DNA from: the human T2T-CHM13v2.0 reference genome, Homo sapiens
Length of the DNA: 64,000 bases
Assembly: GCF_009914755.1 (NCBI RefSeq)
Contig: NC_060947.1
Strand: one strand, 5' to 3'
A model generated the notes under the pieces. It ran no database searches. It worked only from the letters and a program-made list of their open reading frames with translations, and had not been told where the DNA came from. Below are positions 34,174 through 47,018 of this stretch, piece after piece (within the stretch, counting starts at the first letter, position 1; every line of letters begins with the position of its first letter). Both the position numbers and the translations under genes were made by a program.

Positions 34174-34619
34174 TTGTGTGTGTGTGTGTGTATTTTAAAT
34201 AGGGAATTTGCTATGGAAGTTTGTTACAAATAGATATATATAATTGCAAAAATAATTTTGTGTGCATACTCACACGTGCGTGCACACACACACACACACC
34301 CTGTAGGCTGTTGGGTAACAGCAGTGGAAAAAATAAGTAAAAAGTCTAACTGGAGAGTAATGAGATTACTAGTGCCTAAATCTCAGAATTCTTAGTCAAA
34401 ACTTGCAGTAAAAAGTGAAAGTGAACACATCCCAGTTTAATCTTTTACCCCAATGTCTTTAAATTGCTTCGCATTTTACTTTATTAAAAGCAAAAGTTAA
34501 TCTTCTTTATCAGCTCAGAGCTATTTTAGATGCTTCCCAATCTTCAGTCTTCCTTCCCCTGTAACTACTCCCTCTTTATTTAGAAGGCATACAATAGACA
34601 TTAACCCTAATGTAGAGAA

Positions 34620-34850
34620 GTAGTGTGGCATGGGAGTTGAGGGTATGGGCTCTGGAGTTAAACTGCTTGGGTTCAAATCTCATTTATGCTATATATTTGC
34701 TGTTTTGCCTAAAACATACCTTTACCTCTCTTGGCCTCAGTTGCCCTATTCTAAAATGTGGGTTATTTTGGCACCTTCCTTAGAGGATTTTTGTGAGATT
34801 ATGTATATAAAATACCTGAAACAATACACTGTAAATGCTCAATAAATGCA
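34620..34850 (+). mobile_element. MIR SINE
   Basis: GGCTCTGGAGTTAAACTGCTTGGGTTCAAATC...GGCCTCAGTTGCCCTATTCTAAAATG...GTAAATGCTCAATAAATG. Confidence 0.8.
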
Positions 34851-36149
34851 AGGATGTCATTAATATTACATGTCAACCAGTTGGCATATAAGGAGATCTG
34901 TCTCCAGCCTGGGAAGATTTTAAAATAAGCAAACAAAGCATCTTATTTTTAGCCTTTGGGCATCTGCTTTTCCTTGGCTTGTTGGAGAGAGTGTTCCTAA
35001 GGGATTCCCTTTTTAAAAGTTGGGGGCATGAAGAAGAAAGTGCCAGAGGGAGACAGTGAAAGACTCCAAGAAAGCAGAGAAGACAAATAGAAAGGAGAAG
35101 AAAGTTAGAAGGAGGAGAAACCAAAGAGGCCAGGGAGAGGAAAGTAGGTGGCTGGGGAGAGAAAGTATAACAAGAATAAAGTTCATGAAGGTAGGATGGT
35201 TGGGGGAGACCTTGTAATACAGAGCTAAGAACTTTATTGAAGTTTAACAGAAAAGAAACCCTTGTTTGAAAGGAAGAGATTGGCTATATTTAGTACTGGG
35301 TAGGATGTCAGTTCTGAAAATAAACTGCTCCCAGAACTGAAAGCAATCCTCTGCACTGTTGTCACCTGCAGCATGCTGGCCTCCCTTATAGAGGAGAGTG
35401 GAACATGGTCATATCAGCTACCTCAGAGTTTCTGACATTCACAAGGACTTGCCCCACTTTGTCTCCTTGTCCCATTCCTAAGTTTTAAAACTTCTGATTA
35501 ATGAGAAAATAATTTATACAGCTGAGAAAAGTGAAGTATATGTTGGTGTGTATGTGGAGCAGGGAAGTATCCTGCTAAGTTAATACAGGAATCTAAACAC
35601 CATGTGGCCAGGTGCTTAATGCAATATTCACCACATCCATGGTACACATCTGGCATACCACTGTAGACACAGGGACCTAGTCAGAAGTATGACAGGCCAT
35701 ATATAAAGATATATTTGAAGCATCCGATAGGTGTCATAGAGGTAAGTTCTCTATGCAGATGTCATGCTTGTGTGACTTAGGGAACTCACATAGGGCATGC
35801 AGATAGGCTCAGGTTAGGATACATTAGGAAAAGACAGAGAATTCATGATTTGAGCCATCAAAAACAGAATGCATGTGGAGGAGGATGGAAATGAGGAGAA
35901 AGTTTTCCTTTTCCAACAGGAATAAATATAATTGTGTTCATAGGTACAATGCCATCTACTGCTCCTTTACAAGACACAGAGACTTACAGGTACATTTAGA
36001 TACATACACACACAAATACAAACAACATATGTTGTGTTGGGAAAATATAGGTGATGCCTTTCACTGAATGAGAAAAAAAAACTAGAAAATGGGTATTTTG
36101 ATGGAACAAAATATAACTAGAATTCTAACTTCTAACTTTAATTCATCAC

Positions 36150-36660
36150 TTCCACTATTACCACTCTCTCATCTAGACAGTTGCGATAGCTCCCTAATTG
36201 TTTTCCTGCTTCCAACATAAACCCCTCTTCTGAATATATACTCTACAGGGCAGCCAGAGAGATCTTTTTAAAATCACAAGTCATATTCTGTCATTCCTCT
36301 GCACAAAACCCTACAATATCTTCTCAGCTCACCCTGAGTAAAATGCAAAATATTTAACATGGTCTGCAAGACTCCACGTGATGTAACCCTCTGATACCTC
36401 TCTGGTTTCATTTACTACTAATCTTCCCTCACCCTTCCCACTCTAGGCATAGGCGTGCTGATCTCTTTGCTCCTCCTAGAACACATCAAGTACATTCTGG
36501 CCTCAGGGATTTGCATTTACTGTTTCCTCTCTGTGGGAGAAGCCTTCCCCATATAGCTGGATGGCTTGCTCCCTCACTTTGAGACTCACCTCAAATGTCA
36601 CTTAGTGAGGGAGACTTTCCATAACCATCATATATAAAATAGCAATTCTCCTCACCCTTT
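36150..36660 (+). mobile_element. L2 LINE fragment
   Basis: GCAGCCAGAGAGATCTTTTTAAAA...; CTGGCCTCAGGGATTTGCATTTACTGTTTCCTCT; CTCAAATGTCAC...GAGACTTTCC. Confidence 0.75.
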
Positions 36661-36849
36661 GTCATGTTTGATGGAGAAAGGAAGATAACGAGTACAGCTG
36701 TCTGATAGGTAGTTGGATATGTGGGTCTAGAGTTCAGCTAGAGGTCTGAGCCAGAGATGTAGATTTGGTATTTTCCATCACCCCAGGCAAGGAGAATAAT
36801 GCTTGTAATGGTCTGGAGGTGATGGATGTATCATGCTTTCTGCATGATA

Positions 36850-37005
36850 CATCCAAGGATCATTTGGGACTTTTTGAAAATGCAGCTTCTCTGGGTCTCA
36901 CTCAAGATCTCTGAACAAAAAATCTCTGGAGGCAAGGTTTAGGAGTATGTAGCTTGATAAAGTTCCATATATAATTCTGATGTGCAGCCCTGCCTGAGAA
37001 TCACA
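36850..37005. mobile_element. MER5A-like hAT MITE
   Basis: GAAAATGCAG...AATCTCTGGAGG...TAATTCTGATGTGCAGCC...TGAGAATCAC. Confidence 0.6.
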
Positions 37006-38284
37006 CTCTAAAAAGAAACACGCACCTCCACCAAATTTACTAGTAATTCCAACAGAGTGGTCACATGAGATGGGTGCCCATCAGCAGTGGATTGGATAAA
37101 CAAGTATATATTTCCTCCACATCTCAGTAAATGGAACAACTTTTCTTCATCCACACAGTCCCTACAATGATTCAGGCCACAGTCATCTCTGACTTGACTT
37201 ATTGACAGATTCTATTGCAGTTTATGTGTTTATATAACTGTATTTCTCTTCAGTATTAGGCCATTTTGGCTAGCCCATCATTATTTAACCCCTCTGTTCT
37301 TCTATCCATTTGTTTTAGCAGACTGTGAGTAATGAGAGGATGAAACGATTCATTTATTCGTTCAACCAATATGTATTGATAACCTACTACATGGCATACC
37401 ATGTCACATTCATTTCCGTATCTCACATATCAAGTATATTGCCTTACCTTAAGTATGTACTCCATATATGTTTGTTTTATATTCAAACTTACTGTGTCAC
37501 AGATAAGGAAAATAGGGCCTAGAGATGAAGAATGACTTGCTAAAGCCACACAGCAGGTAAGTCCAGTTTTCTCTACATAGAACCACTTTGTCCCTCCCTC
37601 ACACACTTCCATTATTGGTAACATTGCTCCTAAACTATTTGTCAGCTTCTGTGGCAAAGAAATAATTATCTCCATCCCCATAGGCTTTTCAGTTAAGAAT
37701 CTATGTTCCCTTGGCATTGCTTACAATGCTGGTGTCACCACTGCTGAATCAGGATGTCCACAGATCAGCTTTTTATCTGGCACTTCTAAAGAGCTCCTGC
37801 TGACTTCAATAGAATATGGATAGAGCTGGCCTCCTATAGGAACTTTCAGGCTCTCAAATGGATTTGGGATGTGTCCTGGGAGAAAGAGAATGAGGAAAGA
37901 CTTTCAGAATTTGTGTGGAAGCATGTGTTTTATAAAAACAAAACATGACAAAATGAGTTATAAGAGAGAATTGATTGGGTTTATGGATGAAGTTCCTGAT
38001 AATGATTACTTTTGACACTATATTGGACTATCACATAAAGTTGGTTCTTTATGTCTAATCTATTTCCACTTGCTACAATTTAGTAAAAACCTAAATAAGT
38101 TTAGTACATTCTAGGAATATAAATAAGTCATGCAATGTGTAGCCTTCTAGAGAAAATTTCTGCTTCTAATTTGCTCAAGCTGAGTGTAAGGGACCCTCTT
38201 AGAATGGTTTAGAAACATGTTGTTTTGACATCTTTATATCTTTGTGCATGCCGTTTCTCTGCTCTCAATGGATCTTATTAATTC

Positions 38285-38537
38285 TTTTTTTTTTTTTTGA
38301 CTCTTACACTGTTGCCCAGGCTGGAGTGCAGTGGCACAATCTCACTGCAACCTCTGCCTCCCGAGTAGCTGGGATTACAAGCGCCCACCATCACGCCCGG
38401 CTAATTTTTGTATTTTTAGTAGAGACTGGGTTTTGCCATGTTGGCCAGGCTGGTCTCAAACTCCTGACCTCAAGTGATCCACCCACCTCGACCTCCCAAA
38501 ATGCTGGGATTACAGGCATAAACCATCACACCTGGCC
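38285..38537 (-). mobile_element. Alu SINE (AluS-like) with internal deletion
   Basis: Poly-T, then GTTGCCCAGGCTGGAGTGCAGTGG...CCTGACCTCAAGTGATCCACCC...CCTGGCC. Confidence 0.95.
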
Positions 38538-39369
38538 AAATTTATATTTAAATATCACTTTTTCTTGTAAGCATTTTATAATCTCCTCAATTACTGCATT
38601 AGGTATATTTCCTCTCTGCTCCTTTCCAAAACACATGTCACCCTTTGTTACATTTGTCTATTGGCTAGCTTTCCTACTAAATTATGAGCCCCTTGAAAAC
38701 AGGGATTCATTTATTAATTATATATTAACTAATAACATATCGCTATATATATATCTATATTAATAACATGTAACAAATTCATTTATTATTGTATCTTAAT
38801 TTATTACTGTATCACCAGAGCCTGGTACAAAGCTGTCCCTCAATATATGTTTGCTGATTGTTGAATGAATCAAGGAGCTCCTAATTTAGTAAAGGAAATA
38901 GGCATGGAATCATGTAAATTATATTACCATATGATGACGGCAAAAATAGAAGTATGTTTACCAGGTGAATTTATTTACTAATTCCTTTATTCCTCCATTC
39001 AACACACACAGAGGACTTCTGTCCCAAGTCTATTGGGAAACACAGAGAAGTAAGTAAGCCATTTAAATATAGTGCAGTACATGCTCTGACAACAGTTAAG
39101 TACATCCTCTATGACTCAATTGAAAAAAATACTTCCTCCAGGAAGCCTTCCTTGACTTCTTCAGATAGAGTTTGATTTCTCTTGTCTTTATCTCTCATCT
39201 GTATCCCTAAACTTTATGTGCTTTCTTCAAATATAATGAATATTATGTTCTACATCTATTGTAATCACTGGTTTTAATGTGTTTGACTTTTCCACAAGCC
39301 AATGAGCCCCTTGAGGGCAGAGCCATTTTGATGCACACTGGAATAGAGTAGTAATCTCTCAGAAAATAA

Positions 39370-39562
39370 TAGTAATGCCTACCATTTGTTGAGTGCCTAT
39401 ATTACTTATTACTTACATTATCTCAAGTCATTCTGTTTTCAACAAAGACTTTATTGTCCCTATTTTACAAATGAAGAAACTGAGGCTCAGAGGCTTAAGT
39501 AAGTTAACCAAGTATCACAAAACTAATTTATGGAACTGGTTGTAAGCCCAGGTCTGACTTCC
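39370..39562 (-). mobile_element. MIR SINE
   Basis: CCCTATTTTACAAATGAAGAAACTGAGGCTCAGAG core. Confidence 0.8.
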
Positions 39563-39767
39563 AAGGCCTTAGCATAAGGATTGGCTTAGCTTTGGAATTG
39601 TTTTCTATAGTTACTATTTATTTGAACCTTGAAGTACATTAAACTTAGGGGGACTCAGTTGGCAGATTCTTAACCAGGTTTCAGGTGCTTAGATCCTTTT
39701 TCAGCAGAGATAATTCCAGGTAAAACTGTAACAGCGACAAAGTTTGTGTCTTTCTTTGACTCTAAAG

Positions 39768-40112
39768 CAGAGATCCCTAAACTTTTTGGCACCAGGGACC
39801 GGTTTTGTGGAAGACAATTTTTCCACCACGGTGGTGGTAGGAGGGGATGGTTTGGAGATGAAACTTTTCCGCCTCAGATTGTCAGGCATTAGTTAGATTC
39901 TCATAAGGAGCATGCAGCTTAGACCCCTCTCCTGTGCAGCTCACAATAGGGTTCACGCTCCTATGAAAATCTAATGCCACTGCTGATTTGACAGGAGGTG
40001 GAGCTCAGGTAGTCATGCTCCCTCAGGGGCCACTCACCTCTTGCTGTGTGGCCTGGTTCCTAACAGGCCGCCGACCCCTACCGGTCCATGGTCTGCGGGC
40101 TGGGGACCCATG
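39768..40112 (-). mobile_element. MER1B (hAT-Charlie) MITE
   Basis: CTTTTTGGCACCAGGGACCGGTTTTGTGGAAGACAATTTTTCCAC...TTAGATTCTCATAAGGAGC...TGGGGACCCATG. 8-bp TSD CTCTAAAG/CTTTAAAG. Confidence 0.9.
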
Positions 40113-40589
40113 CTTTAAAGTACATGCCATGATTTGGTCCAAAATGTCAATCCTTATACATTTTCCTGGAATTTGTCTCTAATATTGAATGCTTTTAAAC
40201 TTCCTTCTTCATTTATTTTTTCCCATTGACTCCTTCCTTTCACTTGAAAATCCACTGGGTTATCCTGTGTTGAAATCTTATAACTCTGCCATGATTTTTT
40301 AGTTTCCTCTCAACATACTGAGATTTGACATTTTACCCCACCACCAAAACCATTTTCAATAAGTCACCAATACCCTATGGGGCTAAATTCATTGAATACT
40401 TTAAATTACCTATCCTAATTTCTCTTCACTATTAGCCCATTTTGACTACCCCATCTTTATTGAAACTCTCTCTGCTCTTCTGTGACAATGTGTATCCTGA
40501 TTCCTTTCTAACATCTGCTTACTCCTTCTCTTGTTTCTTCACTGATTCTTCTTATTTTAATTTCAATTTCATTTTAGATTCAAAAAAAA

Positions 40590-41058
40590 CAGAATTTGTT
40601 CTTTTTCATGGCTGCATAGTATTCCATGGTGTATATGTGCCTTATTTTCTTTATCCAGTCTACCACTGATGGGCACCTAGGTTGATTCCATGTCTTTGCT
40701 ATTGTGAATAGTACTGTGATGAACAGGCACATGCATGTGTCTTTTTGGTAGAACTATTTATTTTCCTTTGGTTATATACCCAATAGTGGGATTGCTGGGT
40801 CGAATGGTAGTTCTATTTTAAGCTTTTTGAGAAATCTCCAAACTGCTTTCCAAAGTAGTTGAACTAATTTACATTCTCAACAACAGTGCATAAGTGTTCC
40901 CTTTTCTCTGCAGCCTTGCCAGCACCTATTTTTTTTTTTTTTTTACTTTTTAATAGTAGCCATTCTGACTGGTGTGAGATGGTATCTCATTGTGGTTTTG
41001 ATTTGCATTTTTCTGATTAGTGATATGGAGCATTTTTTCATATGTTTGTTGGCTATAT
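40590..41058 (-). mobile_element. L1PB-like 3' ORF2 fragment
   Basis: CATGGCTGCATAGTATTCCATGG...GGTTATATACCCAATAGTGGGATTGCTGGGTCGAATGG...GTGAGATGGTATCTCATTGTGG. Confidence 0.85.
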
Positions 41059-41875
41059 GATTCTTCTTTATCCTTTTGCTCTCTAACTGTTCCACATGGT
41101 AACACAGTCCTTTTCACTCTCCCTTTCCTCTACCTCAGCAATTTCATCCATTTTCAAAACTCCAATGATCTCTTTCGTGTTAACAAGCCTTAAAATTCCT
41201 CAAGTTCCTCTCCTGTCTTGTCACTTAAATTCTAGTACCATATCTCTAACTTTGTACCAAATATTCCTACTTGAAAATGTCTCATCTTTACCTCAAATTC
41301 AACACTTCTAAAGAATAACTCAAAGATCTCATTATCTTCCCTATTTATGGTATAGTGAAAGGAATACTAGACCAAGTGTCAGGAGACTTGGATTCTACTC
41401 CTGGCTCTGCCACTAACTTGGTATTTCCTGGTTTTTCTCAACAAGAGTTTATCTTATGAAAATCACAGTAAACAGTACTTTGAAGGGGTCATATATGAAT
41501 CTTCAAGGAGCTAATTCTAGTTGGAAAGATAAGACATATACATAAGTTACTACAGTACAAATTAAAAAGTGATAAATACCGTAAGAGAAGTATAACTACA
41601 TTGTCATGAGAGTTCAGAGGTATTTCTGGATGATGAGACAATGAATTATATTGTAGAGAAAATAATATTTGATGTAGTCTTTGGACTATTTGGAGGCAGA
41701 AACAATAATACCTGATTCATTTATGAGTGGAGGCTAACAGAGAGAAAGGTTAAATAGATGCTAAAGCTTCAAACTTGTGTAACTAAAGCATTTGTGATGT
41801 CATCTCAAATAAAAGAGAAATCAGGATGAGCAGGTAGCTTGTGGTTTTGAATACAATTTTATAATTGAGGTTGGT

Positions 41876-42450
41876 CTCACACCAGTCCGAATGGCTATTA
41901 TTAAGAAGTCAAAAATCAACAGATGTTGGCAAGGCTGCAGATAAAAGAGTATGCTTATACACTGTTGGTGGGAATATAAATATAAATTAGTTCAACCACT
42001 GTAGAAAGCAGTTTGGAGGTTTCTCAAAAAAAACTTAAAACAGAACCACCATTCAACCCAGCAATCCTAATATTGGGTATATATCCAAAGGAAAATAAAT
42101 CATTCTACCAGAAAGACACATGCACTCATATGTTCTTTGCAGCACTATTCACAATGGCAAAGACATGGAATCAATCAACCTGGGTGCCCATCAGCAGTGG
42201 ATTGGATAAAGAAAATATGGTACACCATGGAATACTATGCAGCCACAAAAAAGAACAAAATCATGTTCTTCGCTGCAACATGGATGCAGCTGGAGGCCAT
42301 TTTCCTAAGTGAAATAATACAGGAACAACAAAAAAAAACCCCTCATGTTCTCACTTATAAGTGGGAGCTTAACATTGGGTACTCAGGGACATAAAGATGG
42401 CAATTGGGTAGCCTGCTTACTACCTGGGTGACAGGATTAATCATACCCCA
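41876..42450 (+). mobile_element. L1PB-like 3' fragment
   Basis: CTCACACCAGTCCGAATGGCTATT...; ORFs PPFNPAILILGIYPKE and MEYYAATKKNKIMFFAATWMQLEAI. Confidence 0.88.
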
Positions 42451-43749
42451 GCCAAAGTTCTTTACAACTCTAATATCATATATTTATTCCTTTAAACTGA
42501 CCTCCCCCTTCCAACTTCTCAGTATGCAATGGTATCATATTCAACTGAAAACATCTCATCCTTACTTCCCATTCTCACTGTCAATTCCCTAACCAGGCCC
42601 TTATCATCTTCTGTTTAGATTACTCCAAAATACCCCAATTTGGCTGACCTGACTCTAGTATCTCCCCACTCCTATATATCATGCCCAGTGTATCTTTCTT
42701 AAATGTGGCTTATTTTCATATTTTATTCCTTTGTTCTAAAATTTATTTCTAATTCCCAGAGCATTAAGTCTAAATTGCCTGTCATTCGAGTTATTCTCCA
42801 GCACTATATATTCCAATCCTCTCTTCAATATACCTCTTACATAAGACAGTTTGAATGTTTCACTCTTTGCAGACTCCATGCACATTGCTACCAATCCAGA
42901 TTTCCATGTGAATTCCTTCATGTGAATTATATATGGTTATTCATTTTCTGCCCAGATCTCAATTCCTCTTTGAATCCTTACCTATCTAATTTATTTCAAC
43001 ATTTGTAACTCCTTCATCACTTTCACCCATGCCCTAGTCTCTTTTTCAGTATGCTCTGTTAGATATACTCTCCCTTCTTTCAATATGTTTTTGAGTTAAC
43101 TGTCATATCAGAAATGATCTGAACAACCGGTTACTACAAAGCATGGAAAGGTGTATTTTATTCATTACAAAATCATAACTCAGAGGTTTCTAAAACAGAC
43201 TTAGTAAAGAAGATATTTCCAAGGCAGGGTGACTTTTCTGGTGTCCTTCAAGGTTACTTATTTATTTATTGAAAATCAATGGCTTTCAGAAATAGATGTG
43301 TTGATCTGTGCTGAGACAATATATCCAAATTCAACTGGAATTGAATTAATGTCAGCAAGGTGCCTTAAAAAGAGAAAGAAGGCATTGGATTGGGAAACAG
43401 GAGACCTGTGTTCACTACTAGGCCCAATGCTGCCACTTACTAGCTGTATGATCTTGGACAACTCAATGAATCTGTCAAAATATGTTTTCTGAAGAGTACA
43501 CCATTAACTAAGGAGCTAAGAAAACAAATTTTCTGAAGTGCACTGCTACAACAATCTAACAAGTTTGTAAAAGAAGTTGTCTGGCAATACATAGTGAGTT
43601 TTGTAATGTCTCAACATCAAATTTCTGTATATAATTGTACTATAGTGATAGCCTATCAAAAATCACGGAACTTCGAGTTGTCTTTTAGAAACAAAACAGC
43701 TTAAAGAACAAATAAAGATATTCATGTAGATTTCCAAAAATTGGTTATC

Positions 43750-44010
43750 CATTCATTCAATAAGTATTAATTTAGTGATCAGTATGCTAGGCCTTGGGGA
43801 TGTGGCAGTGAAGACAAATATAATAAATATTATATCTGCCCTCAAAGAGATCACTGTCTAAATTGGGAGACAGACAATTATAATAAAGTGTGATAAGTTC
43901 TGCAATGATGGTAAGCACAAAGGGGGCCTCTGGAGCACAAAGAAGAGGACAAATCTGTTCTAAACTGGTCTTTTGAAGAGAGAGGTGATTAGGCAAGGCT
44001 TTTCCTGCAA
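43750..44010 (-). mobile_element. L2 3' end
   Basis: CATTCATTCAATAAGTATT...TGCTAGGCCTTGGGGATG...CTGCCCTCAAAGAGATCACTGTCTA. Confidence 0.7.
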
Positions 44011-44047
44011 TAAGTGACTGCTAGGCCTATAGGATATTCAGGAATAT

Positions 44048-44402
44048 TATCTTAGTCTTATTGGGCTACTGTAACAAAATACCTTTGACTAGATAACTTA
44101 TAAACAACAGAAATGTATTTCTTACAGTTGTAAAGGCTGGGAAGTCCAAGATTAAGGTGTTACCAGTGTCTGGGGGAGTCCGACTTCCTCATAGACAGCA
44201 CCTTCTCACTGTGTCCTCACATGATGGAAGTGCCAAGGCAGGTCTTCGGGGCCTCTTTTATAAGAGAACTAATCCCATTCATGAGGGCTCCACATACATT
44301 ATTTAGTCACCTCCCAAAGGCCCCACCTCCTAATATTATCATATTGGTAGATAGGTTTCAACACAGGAATTTTGGAGAGACACAAATATTCAGACCATAG
44401 CA
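44048..44402 (-). mobile_element. MLT1A-type MaLR solo LTR
   Basis: AAACAACAGAAATGTATTTCTTACAGTT...GGCTGGGAAGTCCAAGAT...CTAATCCCATTCATGAGGGCTCC...CACAAATATTCAGACCATAGCA. Confidence 0.88.
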
Positions 44403-44464
44403 TTTACCAAATAATTTTTAAAAGTTAGAACAAAAATCCCTGAAGGGATTTGCAGATGGTTGGA

Positions 44465-44710
44465 TACTGTGGTATAGTGGTTAAAAGTACAAGCTCTGGA
44501 GTGAGACAGCCTGAGTCAGCCTGAGTTAAAATCCTAGATCTGCAAACTGCCAACTGTGTAACCTTGGACAAGTTACTTAAGGTCTTTGGACCTTGGTTTC
44601 TCATTTTAAAAATCAGTATAATTCATTAATATGCCTCATAGGTTTGTTGTGAGAATTAAATAGGTTAAAACATGTAAAATTCATAGAACAGCACCTGGCA
44701 AAGAGTAAAC
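44465..44710 (+). mobile_element. MIR SINE
   Basis: GGTATAGTGGTTAAAAG...GCTCTGGAGTGAGACAGCCTG...ACCTTGGACAAGTTACTTAA...CCTCATAGGTTTGTTGTGAGAATTAAAT. Confidence 0.85.
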
Positions 44711-46299
44711 ATGTCACCCTGCCCACTTGAATGTCAATTCCAGGAGCGCAGGAAATCTAGCTGTTGAATTACTAGCCTTTAGTGAGTGGCCCATAGCAGG
44801 CATGGTTGAATGAATGAATGATCATCAATTTAACTTTTTTTGTCATGGGTATCATCCTAAGAGGTAAGAAGGCTGAATAATCCCAATTGTTTTCATTGTT
44901 GCCTTAATATAGGCCCACAGAGTAAAGGAGGGAAAGGAATTAGGCAACCCAGCTATTCAACTTTAAAGCTAGACTTTAAAACATAAAAGGGCTTCAAATT
45001 GAAATCATCTCTTGCCTCTCCTATGGGTTACATTAGAGCAAGAACAATTTCTTAACATTCATAGCTACTATTCATGGGGTGCTTGCTATATGCCAGAGAG
45101 GTTAATTGAATTGCCTCAAGGGAGGTAGCTCCCAGGTTGAGGAGCAAAAATTTGAACCCTGATCTATTTGACCTGAATCTAGTTAGTACAGTGCTTGACA
45201 CATAGTTAATGTGCAATAAATATTTGTTGAATAAGTGTAGATGAACCTACAGTGAATCACAAAAGAGAATTTACAGGAGATTTCCTGACTAGAAATTCCA
45301 AATGGGAAAAGAGAGCTGGATTTGTTTAGAAATTACACACACGCACATACACAGGCATGCACGCATGCACACACACATATACCTACATACATGTCATCAC
45401 AACTGTTTGGAGCACCTTAAACACATACATACACACAGGAGCATGCAGACCCACACAGCCGTACTTTTTTAAATCTCATTATTTCTTTTGTCTTCTTAAC
45501 ACATCTGAGAGAGGGTAAATGACAGAGTGTCAGAGGTAGAAAGGACGTTAGCAATTACCTAATCAGATCCCCTCATGTTAATGTAAAAATTGACACTCTA
45601 GAGGGGAAGAAAATTGCTAAGGTCACACAAGGAGTCAGAATAAGATTAAGAGTCTCAGTTTCCTGACTCACACAGTTTGTTTTACTCTGAACTGTCACCA
45701 TTTACCATCTCAATTTTATAGATGAGGTAACCAAAGCATCCTAAGAATGCTGATGGCCAAGCTCCTGCCACTTGTCCATTGAAATAGGACTTGAAATCAG
45801 ATCTCCTTTATTTTAAATATAAAGCTGCTGTCATCCAAGTTCTTCTGTCTGGATGCCCAGAAGAAAGATCCTTTCCTATTGAATTAAATAGTGGACTGAG
45901 GGTAATTTACAGAAAGCTTTGTCCTTGGCTTTAAGAGAAAATGTCCAAGGCTGCTTTATTTTCAGTCCCAGGGAGGCTGCATGAAGGCAGGAATCCACAA
46001 CACCTAGCACAAAGGAAGGTACTCAATAAATATTTGTTGTTGAATGCATGCCATGCTAAAGGGAAAGTAGGTTGGGTAATGGTTTCCCAGTGGCAATGGA
46101 TGGGCTGAAAAAGTGGGAACACATGAGGAAGAGGTGGGAGGAACCCTTAAACAAAGGAGAAGCTCTTTCTCTTCATCTTATTGAAGCTGCAATCACTCGG
46201 CACAGGCTGAGTAGATTGGTAGAAATGTGATTGGCAAAGATATTTAAATGAGACCTCCTTAAAATTGTTACTCTCCACCCCACCCCCACGTTCCTTTAA

Positions 46300-46724
46300 A
46301 TTTTGTTTCAGTCATTACCCAGGGACCGGATACAGAGATTCCTATGGGGAGTTTTAATGGGTCGATTCAATTTCATCTGGATGACGCCACTTCGCCAAGC
46401 ATTAAGAGCTACAGCTCCGGGAAAGCCAACGACACGCGGGGGGAGGGGGGAGAGAAAGAAATTATAACGAGGAGCAATAAATCCCTTCTTTCCCATCCTC
46501 CCCTATAACCCATTCACAAGACCTCCAGAAATCATCTACATTCACAAAACGGCCAGCTAGCTAAGCTGAACACACTGCCAACTCACTCCCCGCCCCCACT
46601 GCAGATTATATACCAACACACCCTGAGCCATATAAATAATCACACACTGGCGGTATCTATTGCTCCGTTGAGATACCCTGTGTCTACAACTGCAGTTTCT
46701 GCTGCTTCGGTTCATCTGTCAGAT
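46300..46724 (+). promoter_or_regulatory. SPRY3: Putative SPRY3 proximal promoter/upstream regulatory region
   Basis: Non-repetitive with a local CpG increase. CRE-like TGACGCCA (46382), G-rich CGCGGGGGGAGGGGGG, GC-box CCCCGCCCCC (~46587), E-box CATCTG and ATTGG just before the GA tract. Lies directly upstream of the first exon. Confidence 0.55.
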
Positions 46725-46725
46725 T

Positions 46726-47018
46726 GGAGGAGAGGGAGACCAAGGTGGAGGCGGAGGCGGAGGCGAAAGAGGAGGGGGAGGAGGTAAAGGAGGAAGAAGG
46801 GGAGGAGGGAAAGGGGAGGGCAAGAGGAGGGGAAGGAAAATACTGGAGGGGGAGGGGGAAGAGAAACAGGAGGAGGAGGAGAAGGGGGAGGAGAAAGAGG
46901 CGGAGGAGGAGGAGAAAGAAGAGGAGGAGGAGAAAGAGGAGGAGGAGGAGAGAGAGGAGGAGGAGGAGAGAGAGGAGGAGGAGGAGAGAGAGGAGGAGGA
47001 GGAGAAAGAGGAGGAGGT
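46726..47018 (+). repeat. Purine-rich (GGA/GAG)n tract including an 18-bp unit GAGGAGGAGGAGGAGA(A/G)A array
   Basis: Directly visible; almost pyrimidine-free for ~290 bp. Confidence 0.95.

Noticed and set aside
38242-38763. 173-aa ORF
   Set aside because: A typical antisense-Alu translation ([10 protein letters not shown]...[10 protein letters not shown]) with a non-ATG start.
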